A DNA stretch of 64,000 nucleotides from assembly GCA_965655095.1 (NCBI GenBank), contig OZ296650.1, positions 69,130,001 through 69,194,000 of the forward strand, given 5' to 3'. This document shows positions 50,561 to 61,899 of the stretch, in pieces. The position numbers were made by a program, and so were the translations under genes. Every line of letters begins with the position of its first letter. Position 1 is the first letter of the stretch. The notes under the pieces were generated by a model that worked only from the letters and a program-made list of their open reading frames with translations, was not told the origin of the DNA and did not search any database. Source of the stretch: Haplodiscus bocki (lineage: Eukaryota).

Positions 50561-53500
50561 TTGACTGCCATTTTTTTCACATTGATTGATCTTCATGATC
50601 TGACGATTTTTACGTTTTACCAGTCACCTTCATTTCTAATCCTCCTTTTCAATTTCATCTAGATGTATGTGCAACTCAAAAAGCTTGAAATGCCATAACA
50701 TATTTTCTAAACCAAAACAGGACCCTGCCTATAACCAGGAGTCTAAACTGAAACTTTTCCAAAAATTGCTCGTAATAAAAAAAGAAAAACTAGCAACGAT
50801 CAACAACCAACACCCAGTGATTATCTTCTACTTTGAGTGGAGTTTTTGAAGGAAATAGTTTTGAATGGTTTATAATTTTTACTTATTAAAGTGTTTTTGG
50901 TCTTGTTTTTGTTCGTTCAATGGGTAAGTCTGTCTTCCTTTTGCTTAGAAGCATTCATTCTTCTGAGGTATTTTTGAAAGTAAAAACTTTTCCTTGAACA
51001 TCAGAAACAAAAGTACCTTAACACTTTAACATTTTTACAATATACATTTTCTAATGAATATCTTGCGTGTGGCAGAAACTTCCTTGGATCCTTTACCATT
51101 CAGGTACTGCTTGTGGCTCTGGAGCTATATTTGAAACTCTAATTTTCTGATCCTTTATTTATTTCTTTTTTCTGTATAAGTATTTTTATTAGTACCAATT
51201 TTGTTACTTAAAAAATTTTCTTCCAGTTCATTACAAGAAGTGATAGTTATATTGGTTGCGCGCATAGATAATTGTCATAGTATTTTTTATCACTGTATGT
51301 TACTGAACGAGTGCCTTCTGCAGGATAAAGATTTGTAATACCAAAAGTTTTGAAACGAAGTTACTAAACCTGATGTATACCTTAATGTTTACTACAAGCT
51401 CATTCAATACCTCTTTTTTTTTAAATTGATGTTGCTTGGGTGACCTAACTTAGACTTTCCCTAAAACATTTTTTGAAATCATCGCATCACAATATGTTGA
51501 TTTCGTGGACATCAATCACCTGTCCAGTTTCTTTGTCGGTCTTTCATCTCAAGATGAGAGTTCGTTTTTTGCCTCATTGGCAATTCAATGTTTTCAAATA
51601 TTCTTTTACCATAAAATAAGTTTCAAGTATTATAAGTAAAAGTAAAATAAGTTTCAAAAAAGTTTCAAGTTTTTTAGCCTTGAGACACAAATATTTAATT
51701 TCATTGTCATAATTTTTTCATAATATTTGTTTCTGGGAAACTTTAGGCTTTTCGTCTATTGTACGGTTGGCTTTTTAAAATATAATTTCTCCCTTTTCGT
51801 TATCAGTTCTTTTAACTTCGAACAATTTTCTTTCCGAAAATGAATTTTTTCCATTGATTTTCACTAAACTAACTTGTTAAGGCCTTTACCTCTGATTTGA
51901 ATTGGGAATGTTTTTCATATGGTAGTTTTTTTACACGGGGGTTCTAGTAAAACTTACTTCTACCATTTTTACTGTACCATTCGTAAACCATTTGTTTCTT
52001 CAACGGTTGAGATGTTTGTTTTTCATCAACCCCTTGCAAAAAGTAGCTCCTTTTGTCATTTGAGTCGTTTAATTGATTAGTTCTAGCTATCTCCTACCAA
52101 ATTTTTCGCAAGATTTCTGAATATTTTCTTTATCACCTCATTTTTGAGTTCTCTAATCCCATCTCGAATTATAAATAAAGCGTATTCTCTCCCTTTCTGC
52201 CATGAGATAGTGAAAACTGAGTTCAACAATCCCAAAAACCTTGTTTTGAATCAAAGTTTTCAAATTTATTTCCTGATACAACTTCTTTTTTGAATCCCTT
52301 CATAAATTTTTACTTTTCATCTCGTTTTCATATATGTTTTTCTCGGAACTTCTCCTGCAATTGACATCGGGTTAGGTCACAGACGATTGTTGTAATTTTT
52401 GTCTTTTAAGTTCTGTTCTGTGGTCTGTTCATTTTTATTTCCTTTTTATATCAATATTTTGTTGAACTTTAAAAGTATATCTCTTTTGCTTTAAGGTTTA
52501 TTCAGAAGGAATCGAACTATTTCCAATAATTGTAACAAAACATATTCTTTGTGTAGTTGTAGAAGTGAGTTTGAACAGAAGGCTTGGCCCCTTGGATGAT
52601 GAATCTGTATTCAAAAAAACTTTTTAAGCGAGAAACGTATTAACATATTTGAAAACCTCTATTTCTTCTCAATTAGTCATTTTTCCCGCCGACATTTTCG
52701 TCATACCTTTCCTTAAAATCCAGAACTAAATCAAATACACTTTTTTCTACTTTAAAGACTTGAAAAAGACTCAAGTGTTTACTATGCGATGTTTCACTTT
52801 ACTCATCGAAAAATTTCCTTTTTCATAAAATTAGTAAAAAAATTGTTTCAAAAAGTAGCGTTTTACACTACTGGCTCTCTCAAGACCTTGTTGAACAAAG
52901 TTTTAGAGGTCATACATCCGGTTTTTCGTCTTTTATACATTCTTCGAAAACATCAGAAAAATTACGAAACAACTTTCAAATCAGAAATTTTACTTCAAAC
53001 AATAATAATTAAATTTGTTCTGTTTCATCTTTTGCTATCTGAATCAAAACAATTTCCAGCATGCAAATCTGCATGATCTCCCAAATTTTTTACTGGCTAA
53101 TCCTCTAGCATTCGTATTACTTAGCTTTGGAAAACAAAACTCACATCTTGTGCATTTGTGTTTTGATATAAAAATTCTCGAGAAATATTTTCATCAATAG
53201 TTTCGACTGACTTTTTTTATTATACGAAACTTCACAAAAAAATTGCTTACACTATTTTTCAAATCGGACGTTTTTATTCCAAACATGACAAAAAGTAACT
53301 TAAAATACAAGTAGATATCGCAAGTGATTGGTAAATCCTTTTCTTGAATGGTAAATTCTAAAATTTAATCGAAAAATTTTAAAAAATCAGTTGAAATCAT
53401 TTTCATACGTAATTGTCTACTTGACATTATAATTGAAGGAACATCAAAAGTCAATCAATTGGACATGGACAGCAGTTCTTTTACTAACTCATTTTTTCAA

Positions 53501-55957
53501 AAGCAAAGGTCAGTTTGTATGTTTGAAATGTATGGGTCAGCCCAATTGAAAACAAGGATAATCAAAGGTTTTCGAATAATCAAACAAGGATAATTATGAA
53601 ATTGAATTTACACCAGAATGGCTCTTTTACTTGAGCTTGATGTTGGATGGATATAGATAACGAATTTTTTAAATTGTCTTGGAGCCAAAAACTTCTTCAA
53701 TGGTAGTCTCGTGTTTGCAGTTGAACAACCACACTTAAAGGCTACCCACACCAGAAAAAATTCTTTTCACATTTTGACCGGTTTTTATTCAATCTTTCCT
53801 GCCAAATACACCCATAAAAATAAAAATAACCTTTTGTCTGTGTACATCTTCATCGTTAACATCGTTTTTCAACATTGGGTGACAATACTTACGACTTTAT
53901 CGGAAGATGTCATTGTACGGGTGTAATTTGTAATTATTTGGTGTTGAGTTTATGAAGTTTATGGTTGAGGTCGAGTAGGTTTCATGGTGTGATTGTTCAA
54001 CGGCAAAAGTGAAGCTGTTGATTGGCTAGGCTGAAAATTCACCTAAAGTTTTTTCTAATTCCAAAAAAAGGTAACTGAAGACTTTAAAATGACAAAAGAC
54101 ACTACAGAAACACACTAACTTTGGTTTTCTCACGAGTTTAAGCATGAAGTCTCGCATTTCACCGAAAACAAAACACCTACTCATAATTTCTTTTGTAAAA
54201 CGCTAAAACTTGTGGTAACAAATTGCGCAGAATCATTAACCACTTCAGTACATATTCAAGGATCATTTTATTTTCAGGCTTCAATCAAAATTGTAGGCAT
54301 TTGGAAAAAGTGCCGTCAAATATTCAGAATCAAACACATCAACCCTTGTCAATCAATCAATATTTAATTTCAGAAGACCGAAAAACATCCAACAGCTCTC
54401 GGCTTGTTCGAACGACCCTTCCGCATTTGACAACCGCCGAAAAGTTATACACTATATTAACACATTGAGGTTGCTCCACTTCCACCTGATCTCTTCAACT
54501 TTTCAGTCCCGTGGTTTTCTGCTTCTGTAATATTATATAACTAAGTCTTTTTTTGCAAGAAATTCCGTTAGGCAATGGAGCTCGTCTTCTTATGGTATGT
54601 TGATCTCAAAGGCAGGAGTGCTATTATATGCCTGAATTGATCGGAATATGCTAGGCATACAATGTGTTTTCGGTCTATTCCATTCAAAAAACTAATTTAA
54701 TCGGGATGATAGTTTTTTGACTGTGTGGTTCCTACAAAAAGCAAGGCAATTTTTAGATTGGGCCCTTAAAAAATGTTTCCTTTTATTATGAACAAACCAA
54801 AGCCCTATGCCAAGCTTCTGCCGGACTTTTTGTCGGTTTTGTTGCGATAGTTTTCTGGTTGATAATATTTTCAAATTTTTAACAAAAACATTCACACTTG
54901 TAGCTTTAGCCTTTGATTATGTTCCCGCTGGTGGTCTTTGTTTCAGCTGAAATGTATTTGCCTTCAATGGGGAAGAGGAAACCAACGTTTTCTCTTGATC
55001 ATCGATTCAAATCCTGTCTTATTCCTCAGACCAAAAATCCAAAAACTATTACTTTCTTTATTAGGCTACCAGAGTCACCCATGCTGTCTAAATGATAAGT
55101 AAAAAAATTGTTTTTTTTTCTTCCCATGACCGGGCTCTGCTTTTTTTCTGTTAAAAATAATTTTCTCAGCACCATCAGCTGGGTTTGTCTGATTTTTGGA
55201 TGAAAACCATGAAGTGCTCAAGTTTCACTATATCATTCAGCTCAAGCCGCTGAGTTTTTTTGGTTAACTATTTGCAAAAACTTTATTTTTTGGACTTTTC
55301 AGACGAATAAAAAAACAGTTTTCTCCGAGTCGAATCCTGACAGAAACCTTGTAATTCCTATTATTGCTGCACTAATCGATAGAAGACTTATTTTGAGCGT
55401 TGTGCTGTGGCAAATTTTTTGGCCGGTTGTTGCTAATAAAATAGAGCGGAGAATCTTTTTTTGAAAATGTCGTCTCTGTCCAGAAAAAATGATTCAGTTT
55501 TTTGTCTCCTGCAAGCAGCAGTGCTGCCAATCAAAACCAAATGTGTCGTGAAGGCAGTTTGACTTCTGCTAGTTTGTTTTGGGTGTTCAATTTTGGAATC
55601 TCGACGATTAATTGCTCATTGTTCGCGGAAAAAAATGTGAATTAAAAACTAAACATCAACCTCGTCCAAATTGTTCATTTCAGACGCCCCCGTTGGATTA
55701 TAATGACGTGCATTGAATAAACTCTGGCCCGTACAAAGGGTTCAAGATTTATAAATTTTTAGTCATTTGGCCCTGAAGTTGTTTCATCCCTTCGTCAGCG
55801 AGTATATTCTTCCCTATTGTTTAGAAAGCCAGTTTATTACATTCAGAACCTGTTCTTACAGGAGCATCGAAAATTGAAGTGTTTTTTGAACTAAAGGATG
55901 AAAGACTCCTCTGCTAGGCGGCGTGTTGTGCGATTGTTGTCAAAAAAATTGCGACCA

Positions 55958-57367
55958 TTAGACAGTCCTTGGTTTTCTATCATTTCGGTTGTTTACGTTG
56001 TTTGTGTTGGTATTGTTGGGAATTTTGTTGTTGGAGTTAGAGTTTGTTCCACCACCGTTGTTGTTCTTGTTTTTGCCGGTAAGATTAGCAGTAGTTTGGG
56101 CGTGGCCGAGCTCTCGTTTGAGTTGACGACACTGATTTCTGTAATGGCCTGGCCTTTTGCAGTAGTAACAAGTTGGTTTGGGTTTCGCAGGATTTGGTTT
56201 TGTGGCTTGTTGCGTCACAGTAGTCATCTGCAGTTTTTTGGAGCTTCCAAACAATTTAGTTCTAACTCCCTTTCAAGATTCGAGACAATCTGTTCATATG
56301 TACCTATCTCCAAATGCAAATGATCAATCGATTTCTTCAGCTGGGGAGGCATTTGGCATATTTGAAATGCTCTATGATCGCTTGAGTGGCAACTCCGAAT
56401 GCGCCTTTTGCTTAATTTCTGGAGTTCGTCCAAAAATCAATTAAATTCCGGTTCCCTGGATTGAAAACTAGACGTTGGAATTTGTATTTCGCCGTCGCCC
56501 TTGACTGGGGTTTGACGTATTTTCTGCGGAAGACAGTCAGGATCTCTCTTAAATTCTCTCTGTTGGGGCTGGTGATCTTTTTATACTTCTGCAACGCATT
56601 ACCAAGAATAAAAGAGTGGGAAAAGTTCATCTTGTCTTCTTGTGTGAGCTGATTGTGAATTTTTAAACTCACTTAGAACAGATCTTTAAACAGTTCAAGT
56701 TTCTGTGACTTGCCATCAAAGATGAGCTTTATTGTTGTGAGAGATTTTGGCAGCTTAGAAATTTTGTTTATCTTCTTGTTGAAGTTGGCGGAAATGCCGT
56801 TGCTCGCCAACTGCTGAAGGAGCAGCAAAATCTGGTCTGCTTCATTTGTCGCAGGGGTGTTCTACTTGCAAAATTGTGGCTGACTTGTGGAGAGCGCCTT
56901 CTTTTGTTTTCCGGGAGAAGTAGGGGAGCAGAAAGGAATCTGTTTTTGAACTCTCTAAACATGTATGAGATTTCTTCCTGGTGTGAGTTAGATGAATTGC
57001 TGGCCTGACAAAAAGAGAGCTCCACTTCGGGATAAGGATCATTCTGGGAACGATCCCCATTGGCTTCCCGGTTTTCAAAATCAAAATTCTGGGATGTTCC
57101 CGGAACGGTTCCGTAGAATGTCTGAACTTGCGGGTTCAGAGCAAATTCATCAAGTTTGGACAAAGCACCCAAAATACGTGACTCCGTTCGGCAAGTTTAC
57201 TGAGTCAGTTTTTTTAGTGACCCTGCCTTCGATTTTCTCTAGAATTTGGTTGATGTACTCTTTAGTCATCCCCGGACGAATGTGTTCTGTGCCTTGCTCT
57301 TCCTAGCACTTTCTTGTGTTTCCCTTGAAACAGCTGCTAACTTTCTTTTGTTCCTCAGTGTTGCCAT
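55958..57367 (-). mobile_element. LTR-retrotransposon (Gypsy-like) gag remnant with CCHC zinc knuckle
   Basis: It starts MATLRNKRKLAAVSRETQE (ATG 57367). Frameshifted capsid-like segments read FDGKSQKLELFKDLF, SLKIHNQLTQEDK..., EILTVFRRKYVKPQSRATAKYKFQRLVFNP and TYEQIVSNLERELELN. The knuckle CYYCKRPGHYRNQC (CX2CX4HX4C) is followed by an Asn-rich tail. Confidence 0.8.
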
Positions 57368-59797
57368 GATTTTGGGAGAGAAAAAAAGCTCAACAGTAGT
57401 GAAAACTGAATTAGTTCTTTATTCTCTAACTGAATTGTGGTTTGCAACAAAAATATATCTCTCTTCTTCAAGAGAGAAAATAGTTTCGCAATCAACAACA
57501 AATAAAAAGAAAAGCGACAAATGTTCCATCAACAGTACCAAAGTGGTCATTAATTTCATAAAAACATTACTTTGGTTTCTCCTATTTAAACCTTTTCCTT
57601 GGCGGGAAGTATAATTGTTTACACGCCAAGTCAACGTAAAAATAAGCAAAAGTACTTCAATCATACCAGTTACAAAGAAAAAATGCCGACCCTGGTGGGA
57701 AATAAACACATTTCTTTCTTATTCTCCCTTCATTAGCTGCGTCTCTTCCATCTTTCGACGGAAAAAGTACAGGCTTAATCGTAAACAATGGAAATCAGAG
57801 TGCTCGTCTCCGTGGCGACACATTGAATTTTAGTATAAACAAAAAGATCAAAATTTTTTCCCTCAAAGGAAACTTTTATAAAATTCATCAGTAATAAATA
57901 TAACAAAATAAAATAAAATAGGGAAAAAACCATGATTACATTTCTGAAAAATTATTGCATCGTTTAAAGTCACTTTTGAGGGAATACTACGCTTTTTCCG
58001 AGTCCGTTCCTCATTGCTACCAGCTGGTTCCTCATTTTGTACCAAGGGTTCTGGAGCCGCTACGTACTCGCCAGTAGGACTGCTGGTCACAGTGCTACCG
58101 CTAAGAATTAAATGGATGGCTCCGGACCATGCCGTGTTTGTCCAAAATGACACAGCATAGTAGCACAGCGGATTTGATTAAATTCTAGTGACGTCACCAG
58201 ATTGATAGCGACGGAACACGTACGGAACAAATATTCACTTTTAAAGTCAAGCGCTGTAATTGTAGTCAAATCATCTACTGCAAACTTATTGACTTTGTCA
58301 ATCGTAGTTTATATCACTGCCCTTATAAAATGATTGGTGGGTTTATGTTTATTAATATATAAATAAGTTATAATTATAGCATCTATTAATAATATGAATA
58401 TACAATTGGGGATGGAGGTGAATATCTGTGTATTCCGCAGTGATTCCGTCCGAATCTGGATCAGTACACCAGAATTGCATGTATAGGATACGTGCCATTT
58501 ACATTTCACCAAATATAGGGAACAATACGTAGATACTACGTATAGTTTACATGAAATTTATATTATTTACGTATAAAATTTCAATGTTTATTAAGTTTTC
58601 AGTCTATCTGGTTGACGGCCTAGAATGTCCTTGGGCTCAGGGATCGTTTGCCCGCAGGCTTCGCAGACGTGCTGCGACAACGTTGCAGTCAAAACAAAAG
58701 TTATTATGATGTATATCTGCAAAATTGAATTGTTAATAGGAAATGTTCTACTGTTTTCTATCTCTGTTTATCGTTATTATCGTTGTTTCTAAAGCTAGCA
58801 TCTCTTTTGAGGTATCTGCTTCGACATACTGGAACTTATACGTTTGTTTCAAGTGAAGGGCAGAGTGCAGAATTGATACAATGCTTCATTAACTATCGGT
58901 GCATCATTTTTCATGTACTTTGCTGATTACTGTAAACGTCCTTCCGTTTTCATCAATCAGTTGATTGTGTTTTTTCACGAACGTATGGTGGGATAAAAGG
59001 TGATTTCCCAATTCATAAACCGGGAGAGTAAGCACGTCCACCATCATGATACTCCTCGTTTATGCCAACAAAAGTATATAAAAACCTATTTGTCATCCGT
59101 CTTAGCTTTATCGTAAAAAAGTGAGTATTGAAGAAAGTGGCACCCTTAATATAGTTACCAAAAGAAAGTATGAAAGTTTCGAATGGTCCTATAAAATTTA
59201 TTGCAACTCAATTGCCACGGAAAGTTCAATCCTATCTGTTCACTTCAATCAATTCACCTGTTTGTAAAAGTTTGTTAACTATTGCAGGAGTTTTTCCTCA
59301 AGAAAATTTGGCAAACAAGAAATTCTAACTCTTCATATAAAACGAATGTTCATAATATCTGATAATAGATACGCAAAACTTATTCCATTACCATGTACGT
59401 GTTCCTTTCTTAAACCACCGTAAAAAAATACACTTACAGAATCTTCTATTCTGTTCCTACAGATCTTGAACAAAAGTCACGACCTAATAGAATGTCGTTT
59501 GTTCAACCTCGGTAAGAGTTGTGTACAGAAATTTCTGATCAATGATATCTTAACTTCAGTGTCTTTGGCACTGGGGATCTCGGAGCGTTCCTCGCTTTTG
59601 TCATTACGATTAATACAACATCTTTATTTCGAGGAAAAAAATTCAACGTTGAGATCTTTCTTCCTCCCTATTAAACAAATTTAAATTAAACTGACAATAG
59701 GTTTTTAACATTTTTATTGCTGCTAAAACTGTTTCGAAATGACGAAAAAAAATCTTCAAAAAATGATGACGCTCAAAGTCAAAAAACTGACGTGTCT

Positions 59798-60435
59798 TTA
59801 TTTTTCATTTTCTGCTGCTGCTTCCACTCCACCTGGTGCTTTTTTGGTAGCTATGTGAATGCTTTGATGGCTGCTGTTTCCCTCCCTCGCTATTATTCCT
59901 TCCTTTTGTGCTTCCTCAAAAGGTTTAGTTCGATCTTCTTGCGCCAGTTTTTTAGCACCTTATAATTCAGGGATTATTCGGCTAATCTACAATTTTGTGT
60001 TATCTTCATTTTTCTATTATTCACACAATCTTGTTTTTTCCTTTGCTTCGTTATATCTTTCAACTATCGTATGTGAATTCCACAAGGTATACAGTTTGCA
60101 ATTTAAAGGTCAGAAAATATTTTCAGAAAATCAAGAGCCTGATTCTCAAACTAAAGAATATAAAAAATGAGATTGTAAGTCCGGATTTTGGGAATGAACA
60201 TGTTCTGAATGGGTTAGTAGCAGCCACATATGCAGTGTATTTTTTGCGGTATTAGCTTTCTTCTAGGTTCAGTTGAGTCAGTCGTGTTTAAGTTGTAATC
60301 ATATGCACAAGGTTCTTTACAAAGCTGCTTGAACTGCCCAATCAACATATATGAATCAACTGTCAATGTCGAACCTGCTCGCCATGAAGTAACTGGTATT
60401 TGCGTGGGCTCAATACCCTTCCGTTGGAGAAACCA

Positions 60436-60471
<36 letters not shown>

Positions 60472-61606
60472 TTGTTGACGCTAGTTGCATATGCATACAT
60501 TTCACGTTCGCAAAACATAAGTCACGAATTGGAGTGATTGATTGGTTTCCTCTAACAGTGTTCGGCGGTTTTTCATATAACAAACATTGGCAATTTGTTA
60601 CGTCGCAATCTTTTAAATAATTTTTGTGGTTTGTTGCTCGACTGTCCTTTAGTCACATCGAGTACTATAACAGTTGAATAATTTTTGAAAAATTCCTGTT
60701 AGTTCGGTAAATCATTAATGTTTGCAAAAGCTTCTGTATCTGTTACTGATGTTTCAAACCTTTCATCAATTAGTATCGTTTAGGAAAAACTATCCAATTC
60801 CTTGAATCAAGTGGTTTACTTCAGTTGGCTTTTATTAAAATTTGTGCGTAAAACAATTTCAAAGCTTTGGATTTTGGCTTTATAGGCTGATTGATCTACC
60901 GTTTTAAGAAAAGTCGGTTATCTATCCATGTCATTCACAATAATAAGAATTAAAACTTTAGAACTTTTAAAGATTCCGAATAGTGCGTTAGATTTACCAG
61001 TACCCCAACATCCTTGAAACAAAAACTCTAATTGGAGCTCGGGGGCACAACGGCTTCTGCATGTTTTGGGGTTAAACATGTTGGCGCCTCAAACTCAAGA
61101 TAGGGCTCAAAAGTGAAGATGTTAAAATCTGGTCAAGAACCGTATATCAACTGAAAGATCAACCATTCACGTAAATTAGCAAAAACAGATTGCAAGATGG
61201 TTTGTTGATGGCATTAACATTTATATTGAAAATTTTTTTGAACATCTCAAATGTTGTGGTGTGAATTATAATGTTTTCAATTCGGTAAAACTGTAGCTTT
61301 TTGAAACGGTCAGCTGCATTACCTCCAAAATGAAGTGAATGCTTACGAGGAACAATTTCTTGTGCCTTGTTTGTGCTACCGTTTTGAAACTTGACCCCTT
61401 CAAAGATGCCTTAACTTGAAAACTGTAGTTTGTACCATTTGGAAAGAGGAGAAAATGAACACTTCCCCAAGATGAAAATGGTGCTGTTTCAACAATTTTG
61501 CATACTAAAAATTGTATCAAGTTCACTTGGCAAATCCAAAGCCAACCAAAACAATCTAGGGCAGCGCTGCTTACCTTCACGTCCTTGGTACCTTTTTGGC
61601 CTTCAA
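59798..61606 (-). other. Candidate spliced exons of an unidentified host gene or pseudogene (61575-61606, 61347-61409, 59798-59958)
   Basis: Two GTAAGC donors (after 61575 and 61347) and AG acceptors flank purine-rich segments that have stop-free frames. The reading frame is ambiguous and no homology was recognised. Confidence 0.3.
60436..60471. repeat. (ATT)12 microsatellite
   Basis: Perfect 36-bp ATT run, read directly. Confidence 0.97.
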
Positions 61607-61899
61607 CTATTTAAAATTTCAGTATCTGATACTATAAATTAGAACAGTAAGTGATCCAATTATCACAAAACATATTATTACAAACAATTCCTTTCAATTT
61701 TTATGAACTTGACACCTAGGCACTGACCTTGTTGTTAGTAGTGATTTTCCTTCAAAGTTCCGTCAAATGAAGTAACCTTTTCATCGTAGTTTTTCCGGCT
61801 AAAAGTCAACCTTTTTAAAATTTTTTGCAGACCTCCTTGACAGATGTAAATCTTGTTGGTCAATCAATTGTGGTCGCAGCTCGATGAATTAATTGGTAT

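Noticed and set aside
54300-55900. Possible DIRS-like RT/RNase H remnant on the minus strand (NLDEVDV, IINQK, HIP-like traces)
   Set aside because: The motif traces are too short and degraded to support a call without a profile search.
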